Origin: Phoronis australis | Taxonomy: Eukaryota; Animalia; Phoronida | Length of the DNA stretch: 45,105 bases | NCBI GenBank assembly: GCA_002633005.1 | Contig: NMRA01000161.1 | Location: 135,102 to 180,206, forward strand | Direction: 5' to 3' | Part shown: one piece after another, positions 12,829 to 25,430 of the stretch | Position numbering within the stretch: the stretch's first letter is position 1 | How the letters are laid out: each line of letters opens with the position of its first letter | Notes under the pieces: generated by a model | Databases searched by the model: none | Told to the model about the DNA's origin: nothing | The model's input: only the letters and a program-made list of their open reading frames with translations | Translations under genes and position numbers: made by a program

Positions 12829-15800
12829 GTGCGTAGGCCTCACGGTGGGGCCCATTGCACTAAACCCCTGAGCTTAAATCACGAGAGCCTCGTTATGGTT
12901 TGGCAGGTTCTTCCAGAAAGAAGTTTTCAAATCTCCCTGGCTCCCTTAAGAAAACGCGAACAGACCTTTCCATTTGTTACCATGCGCTACATGTTGCAGG
13001 CATGTAACAGTGCCATAAACAGCTGGGCAAGACTCTTCCATGTGTTCAGAGGTTTCAACGTCAGTACCACAGTGGGCCCACCATATTTCCATTGATGTGT
13101 CTGCGTCAGGCTAGAATACAATGCCCTGTCAAAATTTGAATGACGCGTATTGTGCCCAGTCTATCAAGACTCAGATTACCAGTAAAAAAGAGTCGCAGAC
13201 AGAGCCATGAACGATGTGTGGCTGCACTAATCGTCTCACCACACTTCCATCCTGATAGCAGGTGACTCAGATTTCCAATACTGATATTGCCCATTACCTG
13301 TACGCCCCTGTACCGGCTTGAGATGCAGGTTTCAAAAATCCAGAGTTCAGGACGCAGGTCCCATTGCCATAGGTAAACAATCTCTGTTTGATGTTGACGG
13401 TGGAAAAGTGCCTTGCCAATAACATTATGTCTTAGATGTACAAATTGAGAGGGCTGTTGTCATTAGATGCCTCAGCGAGGTGGTCCACTCTTTCGTTTAC
13501 TTCGACGCCGGCATGACCAGGCACATATGTGCGCACCACAGATAGGTTCTTGACTCGGAAAATGGGCCAGTAAGATGATAGGTTGCTAGAGCATAGGTAA
13601 GACTCAGAAAGTTTTTTAACCTTTTGGTTTGATCGGATTGGGAAAAACTCTCCTTAGTTGGTTTATCTACTGTAGTTAAACAATACCCGCTGGGCTGCTG
13701 ACTGGGTACGTACCCAGTTGCGTATACTCACAATGCAGCATCCATAGGATATCGGGATAGCAGATTCTTGTACAGAATGCAGAACGCTGCTTCCTATCTT
13801 TGCGAGTCTGCCTACACATTCACTGCCGTCAATTCCCACCTGGAGCCCTGACCTAATGTATATTGTAGATTCTTTCAATTTCAAGCTTGTTAAGCTCATT
13901 GATGCAAACATTATCACAACGAGAGTTTACTCTTGGTTTATTAAGAGCTCTGACTGCTGATTGTCTATATAAAAGGTTGGTAATTGGCTGGTTGCCCAGC
14001 TTGGTGTTATGTTGTTGTGCCATTTGAGAAGATCTATTAATTGCAGTGATCTCAGCCTGAAACACCGTGGCAAGGTTGCTTAGCTATACCTAGCTTTCTG
14101 TACCTGCGATAGGAAGGTTTGGAAAATAGATTCCAGTATCTGCCTGGCCATTTTCCAATTAAGAAACACCCGTGTAACAAACCATCTCATTCTTGTCTTC
14201 TGCAGTAGGCCATACATCAAAAACTTCCGTGAAGAATTTTTTTTTTATAATTTAAAGCTGTAATCTGGGCATCACTAGGCATGTCCCATCAGTTGCCCAG
14301 CTTTGGCAATTACCTTATTGCACACATATCTGAGGCTTCTGCGCGCAACAGAATCAGAGATGTGACTTTGCAACCACTGACCATTCTTTTTGAGACGAAA
14401 CACTGCATACGCAGCTGCACCCTCTAGGATATGTACAGTAATGCTAGACCGATTAACATTTCTAAGGTTTCAGAAGACGTTCCTGAAAAGTAGAAGTAAT
14501 GCACAAACAAGCTGGACGTGGCGGCTGCTTCCTTTTCTTGATAATTGTTCTGTGTTTTAAGGCAGTTATCCCTTCTTACGCAACATTTTCTGTAAGACAT
14601 TACAGGTCGGATAACAGCAATATAAGCTCAGAACGTATTCTTAGGAAACATTCCCTGGTTTTAGCCACCGCACGATTGCTTCTCGTCAGACTAGTTTTGG
14701 TTTTCGAGATATTTTCTGTAATATGCAGGGTCCAGGAATAGCGATAGTGTAAAATGGTACCTAGATAAGTTGGCTTGTCTACAAATCAATATGTTTAAGG
14801 CTGCATTGAGCATTTCAGCTTCAATGGGAACATAATCTCCACAGTTGTTTTGCCCCCACTACATGTAATTTCTAACCCAGCTGGCTTAGCCTTTTTGGCT
14901 GCTGTGTTTAGTTCTCACTGAGAACAATGTCATCTGCATAGGCTTGAACATACAAGCTTGGATCCTTGTTAGCCGATGGGTAGCAGCGTTATCACTGAAG
15001 ATTTGTCTGCCAGATTTTAACCTTGGGATTCTTGTCATCACGTTAGATGTATACTTGTACCAGTAACCATCTATCCAGATTCCACCTCATTCGTGAGTGG
15101 AGAAAGACCAAGAGGAAATCTGCCATTGGATGGTGCAGGTTCAGAAGCCTCGGCAACATCCCCAACCTTAGAGGTTCCATCTATCATGTCTATTTTAACT
15201 GACCTTGTGACGGTAAGATTCCACGTCCAAGTTTGACATTCTTTCCGAGAATGGACAGAAGCTTTAGCCCTCTTACCGCTTGTACTCTTTGCTCTGAAAA
15301 GCATACGCGAAGCAAAGCTGTACTAAGGACAAAAATCCATCCCACAGACCACCAGCGAATTGGACTCCTCGAAAGCTAGGACAATAGTGTATTGTATTGT
15401 TTTGAGAGGCATTTTGATGTTGGTTTGATGGCAGTCATTGACACCACACTTTTCATATTCTGGTCATCATGGCACTCCTTGAAGACCAGCAGGAACTCGT
15501 CTTTATTGGAGGCAGCTTCTTCAACAGTTAGATGGTCTGGAGCCATCACGCGGTACCCTGACCTAAGACAGTCGGGGCAGACCATCAGGACTAAGTTTCT
15601 TACACTCACGTTTAACCCAGTCGAGGATCTCCGAGTCGTCATAAGCAATCATCAGTTTGCTTTTATCACCTGTCCCCGACTTTATATAATTGTACACAGT
15701 GTCTTTGAGGCTTGACAAATGCCATCTGTAGACGGCGCTTGAGACGCTTCGCCTCGTCCTCATTCACTGCTGGCTCACCAGCCTTTGCAGCCACAAAGAC

Positions 15801-16850
15801 ACTAAGATCTTTCTAGGCCACGCTAGCATAAGAGTGTTTATCGACTTCAGTCACTTTAATGGGTGTTTTTGAGAATGCCCCAGGAGTCCACCTGTCAGAA
15901 CATCGATTTCTGGATTTTCACGCTTCTTCTGAGCTGAGCTGTCTGACGAGCATGCATTGTATTCCACTTAGCAGCAGTAGGAGCTGCCATTGGGCACCTC
16001 TGGTTATTGGCATTCGCTGTGGATCCATATAACAAGTATAGGTTAGGATTCAGTTCGGCATTCGCATTCACCATATCCACAGGGTGGCAAAAAAGCCCAA
16101 CCAAAGGTTTTACTAGATTTGCAAACCTATATATACTGACACTCGCTTCCACAACTCCCCACCCTGTTTCCTCCCAGCGAGCACATGACCCCCAGTTATT
16201 GGTCTTTGCTACAAATGTAATTCCCAGTTTCGGTATGTCTGCCTCCGAGTGCCAGAGCCTGCTACCTTCGAGGGCTAACCCTGTAAAGGTTTATCTCTAG
16301 TGCAGCAAACGCTACTCTGTGCACTTTAGTTTGCCCAAGATTTCTTGATACGCAAAGTTCTGTGCTGTCTACCACTAGCCTCAACTGAGTTAAGACTCAA
16401 AAACCTGGGTGTTGGTTCACAAGTGTTCACGTGTCACCTGCCCGGAGAGAAGGGAGTATCAAATCGGCCTCCAAGAGGTCAAAGTCAATATATTCCTGAC
16501 CAGACGTCCCAATGGGGGGTGACTGGATTGGGGAGAGCCACTGCTCAATCTCCCAAAAACAGTGAATGCTTCCAACAGGGTTTTCGGCATCTCCTATAGT
16601 TCGAGAAACGGCGGCACCAATGGCAGAAATCTCCCAATTTATTTTGTTTGTCTTTACCTCTGTAGTGACAGAGTTCCTTGCCAGAATTCCATGGCATTTT
16701 TCAAGATGTTTTCCATGAAAGTGACAGCAACATCTCACTTTTGCACGGAGTAGACGTAGTCTGCAGTGCCTTCGAGTCATTTTTATTATTTTAGATGTTT
16801 TCTATTGCTCAAAGGATCTTTAAGAAAATAGGCGGATATTTTCTTATTGA
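12829..16850 (-). mobile_element. Decayed, internally deleted non-LTR retrotransposon with RNase H (I-group; LOA/R1/Tad1-like)
   Basis: Minus-strand order: ORF1-like relic; endonuclease start KIWQTNLQ; VQAYADDIVL (YADD 14929-14940); TYLGTIL; ACLCITS..TLEMLIGL; RNase H TVFQAEITAI and VGIDGSECVGRLAK; QILTGHCIL; HC..ETSEH..CP. The 5' boundary is approximate. Confidence 0.85.
13176..13598 (-). mobile_element. Nested 423-bp fragment of a second RNase H-encoding retroelement with 10-bp TSD
   Basis: AAGACTCAGA at 13166-13175 and 13599-13608. The insert encodes TYVPGHAGVEVNERVDHLAE, the RNase H C-terminal motif. Confidence 0.85.
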
Positions 16851-17264
16851 CAACAGCACGAAAAACGCTGATTTGTACTCGGCCCCGACCACTATGACGC
16901 ATCCAAGTGACAATTTTTGGTGCTTTTTGCATACATGACGTATTTGCTTAACATCTTCAGGAGTGCGTGGACAACGACAAGTGTATAATTACACGTGAAG
17001 CCCAATGAACGTGACAACACATGGCGACTTATTAGGACGGATCCGACTTCCCTGCCTTGTATTGGTAGTTCTGATATAATGTCCATGAAATTTGGCAAAA
17101 AGGTTCCTATTAAAGGATACCACGAGGCCTTCTGATTTTTGGACGACAATCGACTTATTCTGCGACATCTAGCGGCCGATTTATAGTCGCTTTATCCGAA
17201 TAAAATCTTTCAGGAAACTCCACTTATTGTCGAAATTAAATCGATCCGATTTTTTTTGTTTCAG

Positions 17265-17419
17265 CGCCAACTGCGATAACCATATCCGCAATGGTGGTCG
17301 TACCAATAGTTCTTATCGGTACAGGTGGTTTATTTCTCTGGCTGCTCACACGTTACACCAAGAAAATTCAACTAGGTGAAAACGCAGATCCTAATGGCGC
17401 TACCCTTCGCGTAGCCGGC
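17265..17419 (+). CDS. Terminal TM exon, copy 1 (cut off by N gap; probably allelic to 20406-20776)
   Basis: Acceptor TTTTTTTTGTTTCAG ends at 17264; phase 1. APTAITISAMVVVPIVLIGTGGLFLWLLTRYTKK..., matching 20406-20560 up to the gap. Confidence 0.7.
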
Positions 17420-17517
17420 NNNNNNNNNNNNNNNNNNNNNNNNNNNNNNNNNNNNNNNNNNNNNNNNNNNNNNNNNNNNNNNNNNNNNNNNNNNNNNNNN
17501 NNNNNNNNNNNNNNNNN

Positions 17518-17727
17518 GGCATACTCGCGTCTGAGAGACTCAAAGTCGTTGGACAGTTTTTCGAACTTGTCGTTTATTATCTCTAATAGTTGACGGTTAG
17601 ATATATCTGTAGTCTTCGGGCTCGTCTCACTTCTAGGCATATAGGACGAAATGCTTCGAGTCACTGACCTGTCACTGGCTGAAGGTGTTGTTGTCTTCCT
17701 AATCCCAGGCATTATCGCTAATATTAT
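17518..17727 (-). mobile_element. 5' end of a probable LINE ORF1 present only upstream of copy 2
   Basis: ORF from ATG 17712 stays open into the gap: Ser/Thr-rich start, then heptad-like LLEIINDKFEKLSNDFESLRRE. It replaces the RT sequence that flanks copy 1. Confidence 0.5.
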
Positions 17728-20405
17728 ATATGTTTAAGGCCGCATTGAGCATTTCAGCTTCAATGGGAACATAATCTCCACAGTTGTTTTGCTCCCACTA
17801 CATGTAATTTCTAACCCAGCTGGCTTAGCCATTTTGGCTGCTGTGTTTAGTTTTCACTGAGAACAATGTCATCTGCATAGGCTTGAACATACGAGCTTGA
17901 ATCCGTGTTAGCCGATGGGTTGCAGCGTTATCACTGAAGATTTGTCTGCCAGATTTTAACCTTGGGATTCTCGTCATCACGTTAGATGTATACTTGTACC
18001 AGTAACCATCTATCCAGATTCCACCTCATTCGTGAGTGGGGAAAGACCAAGAGGAAATCTGTCATTGGATGGTGCAGGTTCAGAAGCCTCGGCAACATCC
18101 CCAACCTTAGAGGTTCCATCTATCATGTCTATTTTAACTGACCTTGTGACGGTAAGATTCCACGTCCAAGTTTGACATTCTTTCCGAGACTGGACAGAAG
18201 CTCTGAAAAGCATACGCCAAGCAAAGCTGCACTAAGGACAAAAATCCATCCCACAGACCACCAGCGAATTGGACTCCTCGAAAGCTAGGACAATAGTGTA
18301 TTGTATTGTTTTGAGAGGTATGTTGATGTTGGATTGATTGCAGTCATTGACACCACACTTTTCATATTCTGGTCATCATGGCACTCCTTGAAGACCAGCA
18401 GAATCTCGTCTTTATTGGAGGCAGCTTCTTCAACAGTTAGATGGTCTGGAGCCATCACGCGGTACCCTGACCTGTGACAGTCGGGGCAGACCATCAGGAC
18501 TAAGTTTCTTACACTCAAGTTTAACCCAGTCGAGGATCTCCGAGTCGTCATAAGCAATCACCAGTTTGCTTTTATCACCTGTCCCCGACTTAATATAATT
18601 GTACACAGTGTCTTTGAGGCTTGACAAATGCCATCTGTAGACGGCGCTTGAGACGCTTCGCCTCGTCCTCATTCACTGCTGGCTCACCAGCCTTTGCAGC
18701 CACAAAGACACTAAGATCTTTCTTGGCCACGCTAGCATAAGAGTGTTTATCAACTTCAGTCACTTTGATGGGTGTTTTTGAGAATGCCCCAGGAGTCCAC
18801 CTGTCAGAAAATCGATTTCTGGATTTTCACGCTTCTTCTGAGCTGCCTGACGAGCATGCATTGTATTCCACTTAGCAGCAGTAGGAGCTGCCATTGGGCA
18901 CATCTGAAGCCTTCTTGTCACCATGCGCTCCTTTAGGAGTGTCCGAATAGATTTGGGCTTCGTGTCAGCAGCCTCTCTTGCCGCTTCCACAAGCTTGGTA
19001 ATTTCACTGTCTACTTCCATAGAAAAGCACAAGGATTTCCCAAAGCGAGCATCCACTTGCCCTATAGAAACTCCTAGGAATGAGTCTTTTGGGCGAACAT
19101 CCGAAACGGCAAATACCACATTTAACTGTCCTACGTGCCGGTCACTGGAACTGACTAGGGAGGGTTAATGGTATTCGCTGTGGATCCATATAACAAGTAT
19201 AGGTTAGGATTCAGTTCGGCATTCGCATTCACTCTATCCACAGGGTGGCAAAAAGGCCCAACCAAAGGTTTTACTGGATTTGCAAACCTATATATTCTGA
19301 CACTCGCTTCAACAACTCCCCACCCTGTTTCCTCCCAGCGAGCATATGACCCCCAGTGATTGGTCTTTGCTACAAATGTAATTCCCAGTTTCGGTATGTC
19401 TACCTCCGAGTGCCAGAGCCTGCTACCTTCGAGGGCTAACCCTGTAAAGGTTTATCTCTAGTGCAGCAGACGCTACTTTGTGCACTTTAGTTTGCCCAAG
19501 ATTTCTTGATACGCAAAGTTCTGTGCTGTCTACCACCAGACTCAACTGCGTTAAGACTCGAAAACCTGGGTGTTGGTTCACAAGTGTTCACGTGTCACCT
19601 GGCCGGAGAGAAGGGAGTATTAAATCGGACTCCAAGAGGTCAAAGTCAAGATATTCCTGACCAGGCGTCCCAATGGGGGTGATTGGATTGGGGAGAGCCA
19701 CTGCTCAATCTCCCAAAAACAGTGAATGTTTCCAACGGGGTCTTCGGCATCTCCTATAGTTCGAAAAACGGCGGCACCAATGGCAGAAATCCCCCAATTT
19801 ATTTTGTTTGTCTTTACCTCTGTAGTGACAGAGTTCCTTGACAGAATTCCATGGCATTTTTCAAGATGTTTTCCATGAAAGTGACAGCAACATCTCACTT
19901 TTGCACGGAGTAGACGTAGTCTGCAGTGCCTTCGAGTCATTTTTATTATTTTAGATATTTTCTATCCGACAAATTGCTCAAAGGATCTTTAAGAAAATAG
20001 GCGGATATTTTCTTATTGACAACAGCACGAAAAACGCTGATTTGTACTCGGCTCCGACCACTATGACACATCCAAGTGACAATTTTTGGTGCTTTTTGCA
20101 TACATGACGTATTTGCTTAACATCTTCAGGAGTGCGTGGACAACGACAAGTGTATAATTACACGTGAAGCCCAATGAACGTGACAACACATGGCGACTAT
20201 TTAGGTAGTTCTGATTTAATGTCCATGAAATTTGGCAAAAAGGTTCCTATTAAAGGATACCACGAGGCCTTCTGATTTTTGGACGACAATCGACTTATTC
20301 TGCGACATCTAGCGGCCGATTTATAGTCGCTTTATCCGAATAAAATCTTTCAGGAAACTCCACTTATTGTCGAAATTAAATCGATCCGATTTTTTTTTGT
20401 TTCAG

Positions 20406-20776
20406 CGCCAACTGCGATAACCATATCCGCAATGGTGGTCGTACCAATAGTTCTTATCGGTACAGGTGGTTTATTTCTCTGGCTGCTCACACGTTACACC
20501 AAGAAAATTCAACTAGGTGAAAACGCAGATCCTAATGGCGCTACCCTTCGCGTAGCCGGCTATTCTAAAAGCGCTGCACGCGAAACAGAGGACATCGTAT
20601 CTTCTACAGAAATGATTTCAGATATCTCCAATAATCGGTCCGCAACAACAGTCTTAACAGCGTCTGATGTCTCGGCCGATTCTCCTACTTCAGCGTCGGA
20701 CGCTACGTCGATGGCAAGTCGTACAAGCGACGGTCTGACCGAGATGCGTCCGCCAAGTGCCGTCCCGCTACGTTGA
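20406..20776 (+). CDS. Terminal exon: transmembrane helix plus ~95-aa Ser/Thr-rich cytoplasmic tail
   Basis: T-rich acceptor ...GTTTCAG ends at 20405, phase 1, in frame with exon E. Hydrophobic AITISAMVVVPIVLIGTGGLFLWLL is followed by basic RYTKK; TGA at 20774-20776. Confidence 0.85.
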
Positions 20777-20897
20777 TTGTTTAAGTTCAATAGTAAACCA
20801 ATCTACGATTCACTGATTTAACATATTGCGTATTTACTTTATGATTTTTTTATCTCGTAAATAGATATGGATATTAGTTTTCTGTGATATTGTAAAC

Positions 20898-20903
20898 AAT
20901 AAA
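20898..20903 (+). promoter_or_regulatory. Candidate polyadenylation signal of the TSR gene
   Basis: AATAAA about 120 bp after the stop, in AT-rich sequence; motif evidence only. Confidence 0.45.
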
Positions 20904-23900
20904 ATAGAGACACAGTGACCTTTAAATGAACAAAAATTAACAACTAAATATGTGTTCGTATTACATGTATGTGTCGTTTGAGAAAGAGGTGAGGTTCAAC
21001 GAACGGTCACTAAGCTTTTAACTCTAAAGACCTCCGCAGACTAGTCGAAACGGTTCGCTCGAAAACTTCTCCGAGGATTTGTCGAATCTCTTGCCAAGTC
21101 AAATTTCCAGGTCAGCCAAACTATTCGACAGACGTCTGCCATGTTTGTGCCCCAGTGCATATTCGCGTATACGCGTCACTAGCAACGTCTGAGTGAATTA
21201 TTCGACACCGGGGCAGAAACATCACTTCAGGTATGGCCTACCAGTGCTAAGCTCGGACTACCGGTGCAAAAAAATGCGTTTCCCATGAGAGTAGTGAATG
21301 AGAAGTTGAAAAAACAGGCCCACTAATGGAAAGGAGGAAAAGAACTTTGATATACGGGGTTATCTTAGCAGCATCTTTGATTTATTACATCACACCATCT
21401 AAATTTGCAATGAAGGAAAACTTTTGAATTGTGCCTCAGAAGTAATATCGTAACAGCTGTGTCGCATGGAATTAAAACATATCCTACATGTAGATCATCA
21501 AGAGGTGGACACATTTTGAACATAAAAACTAATTTCTAGTTTTGCGTGCAGGTGCAAATAAATATTGTTAGTATTGTAACGATCACATTGAATGGTAGAT
21601 TATCGTTTGGCACGCAATACGACGACGACATAGCATTTGCAAGGCATTAGTAATGCAAGCTGCGCAAATTCTGTTATCACTAGGACACTAATTTTTTGTT
21701 TGGGGCGCCTTTTTCCTGTATACATGACAACGTTCGTTATTTTAACTGCAAATGCGCCCTTCTTATTTCTGGTCGCGTCGATAGTTCGAACGCATTTTAT
21801 ATTAAATGATGTCAACTGGGTGAAAGATTATTCCAATCAAATTTTCTCGCGAAAACTTTTATGGCAGCTTAGCGCGTTTATTTAGCAGCAACATTTTTGG
21901 AGTGTTTCGTACCCCTGTTTGCTTATTTTACTTGCAGAGGCAGGGTTGTAGCCCACTATATCACCTTGACGCCAAAAATAATACCAAGCTAAACATAATG
22001 ATAATGGGAATATTTTTACGGACTGGATTACTACACGTACATAATAAAACCCTCGTGGATACAAACCGTCAACTGCATACATGGCACATGACACGCGAAA
22101 TTCAGTGTTCCAGTGTTGTACATGTATTTTGTCGGCAATTTAAAAACCACGTTCATTTGCACCCACGCTTGGATGGTTAGGAACGTGGTTTACAGTTTTG
22201 GGACATCCGGCACCTGCAAATGAGATCGAAAAAACACGATTCCCTAAACTTGAAATATGACGCCCCCGACTCAAAAGTTCACCCTTCGGGATTGAACTTT
22301 GTAAAAGGGTGCATTTTTGCAACATAGCTCTGCACAAGCTTTTCACATTTTACTGCCAGGACTGATGATCAATTTCCTTTTCTATTCATATTCTATGCAC
22401 TCACAAAAATGTTTGGTTGCATACAGTCGCCCTTCTGTCCGACCGTAATTACCTTTGCTTGTACATGTACATGTCTGTCTGTTGTCGAAAACGTTTGACC
22501 GATCGTAATGGAATAAAGCACGGAGTTGTGTGCCTTCGCCTTGCAACAGTACGAGTCGATTTTTGGACGGATTCGACTACGGTTTTACACCCTTTATGCT
22601 GTTTTAGTTTTCTACTGGAAATTCCATGTCCGTCAAAATTTTGTTGCAATGACATAAGGAATTCTGTCCAAATTTGGAGCAGAGGTATATGGATGTGATG
22701 CACCCGCACTAGTCGTTTTTTTGTATATTTTACCTCGACGGCACCTCCCGGTGGTCCCTTGTGTTCTATGCGATACAAACTATTAGTCAAATTTCGCGCG
22801 TGCACTTTTCGAGTTTTGACGATATTTGACATAGAGCAATGTTGTGGGAATTCGCCGGAACCTGTCAAGTTTCTTCTTTTTGACTCTACATGTATGTGCA
22901 ACCATCCCTCTGGCGTTTTAGTTTTCGAAAAGAAATTCCTAGTTATGCAGAGTTTGTGGAAATAACTTGACGGAAACACGTTGTTACCACTTGCATTTCT
23001 GGCTGTGTCGTTTAATAATCTTCAGTTTTCGATAAAAGTGTCTTTGGGCGCCGTCATAACAGATTTTGATGAATCTAATGGCGGAGTAGGATGTATGAGT
23101 GAGACGTGCAGACACCAGTCCATTTTAAGACGAAGTCGTTTCTCCTCTCTTAGCCACTAGTTGCCCACATGATATTGCTTGCCCTTGAATTACTGTCCAA
23201 GCGGCTCAACATATTTTGAAGAATCTTTGAACAATAGATATTCATTACGGCACCAATAGATTGTCAAGCAGATTTGCCTTCACTGGCAACCTTGTTGTTC
23301 GTTATATCAAGATTTTGCCGTGTTTAAAACCAATACAAAGGGAAAGTGTTAGGAAAATTTCTATATAAAAGAAAATTTTTTCAAAAGTTCAAATAATAGG
23401 ATTCTTTTAAATGTACATTCTCTCCAAAAGGGCGAGATTTCATCTCGCCGATCCTCTAAGGTGGTTTTCCCAATTCCCGTACAACATGCCCCGTCACGGT
23501 CAAAATAATAAATAAACCGAGTTCACCTGTCGGAGTTAGAAAATTCGCGTTTGTGAACCGAGATTTTTTGAAGTTACGAGTTGTCTGGCACCTCTTTCGC
23601 GAAATGAAACACAATGACGAGTTTACACCAGATGTACGACTTTGAGTCATTCTTCGTTTATACCCTGTGTACAGAATGTCGTAAATGTACGACATTTTAG
23701 TGAAATAGGCCCTTGCATTTTCTAGATCAGTAGATGTCAAGTTTACGCTTTCTCTACGTCCAGACACTGACGTCATCATTGAGGTAAGCCTTTGTTGTAT
23801 CTATCACGCGTGGCTGTATCTCATGTGAGAAGCAAAAATTGTCATTTTGAGAAGAGCTCTTCATATCTATTGCCGAGGGTTTTTCGAAACCGATGTCAGC

Positions 23901-25149
23901 AACTGCTCTTGAGAACGTTAGATTATTCAGTGGCAGCTTGGAACTCGATTAATGGAAGTGGGCCCAACAATCAGTACACGAGGAAATCCCTTTCTGCTAA
24001 CTTGAGGCGAACGGCGTCTGTTTACATGTCGTTTTTTGATGTTTCCTGTTAGTGCAGGTGTTTCCTCACATATATTGTTTTTGCAATCCACCAATCAAAG
24101 TCTGTGCCCAATTATTAAACATGAACACTGGCTTTAAATTTCATTTTGCTCGGCTGCGTACTGCTACAAATTCCTTTCACCTTTTTCAGATTTTATCAGC
24201 CATAAATCAATATGTAATTCATACACGAAGTGAGTAAAACAGGAATTGAAAGACTGCAGATTATTTGTCTCATTACTATACTTATACTTTTGTACATATG
24301 TGTTCACATTTTTAGGTCGTCGACGTCACTTGTCGTTTAGTATTTCCTAGTAGAAACCTCGATTACACGTTCCTTCCCTATTCAGTCGGCCTGTATCCCC
24401 ATATTGACAAATAAGTTCATATTATCCCTTCTGTAATGCCACTTGTCGTTATGTCGAGAATAATCAAACTATAATAATGAGATAAGTTTGTTTTCTACAA
24501 CACAGGTATTGTAACATTGAAGCACGTCTTTCAGCATAAAGGCAGAGGTGCGAGGTTCCCAATGTGGGGTTGTTGTATTTAAGCTAATCGCGAACAAATG
24601 TATCTTGTTCTATGAAAACCCGTAATTGATCCTGCAGTATCCCGTTGGTTGACCCTCGTATTGTAATGGTTTTCAATGTATTTCATTGTCCACAGTCTGT
24701 ACATTTTCCTTTTGAGAACTTCAACAAATATTTATCGTTTAGTTGTTTTGTTAATTCAAATAATGTACTATTGAAAACAACACGCGGTATTTTCGCGAGT
24801 GTTATCATAAGCTAGTAGTATAAGTTGTAAATAAACGACGTTACTAAAGACATTGGTTAACAAGTAAGCCTGGAGTTGTGATTCTTTGTAACCATGGTGA
24901 GTAACTTGTTATAATCGGATTTGGGGTAAAGCAGGAGTTTGTGATGCTTCACTAATGTTCAAATTTCATTTGCCGAGTAACGGCTACCGAAACATAGTCT
25001 TAAACAACAGGAAAATGACGCTGGAAAGCTGCATGCTGGTGTCGTTATCCGGCGTTTAACTTTTAGACAGCCAGTCTTAGGAACCACAGCCTTACAAAAT
25101 ACATGGACCGCCAACTTTATGCTATCAGGCCAAGGTACGAACTTCCCGT

Positions 25150-25430
25150 TGAGTGTGGGTACTATCGTGTCACTGCTCAATAAACTTAGTGTTAGGAAAA
25201 TAAACAATTTAGCATCACGGATGGCTATCTTGGTGCACGCATTGTTTATTCAAAATGGAGAAGTTGCATGACCATCCAGCAAGACGGTGATGTTGAAACA
25301 GCAGGTTGCAAAGGGAACAAGTGGTGGCTTTATTGTAGACAATAGAGCCGATGGGGAAGACTCAGAACATTTATTGGTGATTTCTGACACAAAACCATGG
25401 GCGACAAGGGAGAGTCGGTGGAGAGAGAAA
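25150..25430 (+). mobile_element. Possible very decayed RTE-type LINE 3' fragment
   Basis: Cross-frame peptides SLLNKLSVRK, CMTIQQDGDVE and VDN...LL...RWR loosely follow RTE ORF2 C-termini; weak. Confidence 0.22.

Larger units (their letters stand above)
14789..20560. repeat. Near-identical duplicated block (14789-17419 vs 17728-20560) around N gap 17420-17517
   Basis: Collinear copies with SNPs and indels. About 260 bp (approx. 18907-19162) is present only in copy 2, and two ~30-bp segments only in copy 1. Second YADD at 17868-17879. Confidence 0.92.

Noticed and set aside
17163-17178. CTCF-like motif GGCCGCTAGATGTCGC on the minus strand (similar word near 31960)
   Set aside because: A motif match alone cannot show binding.
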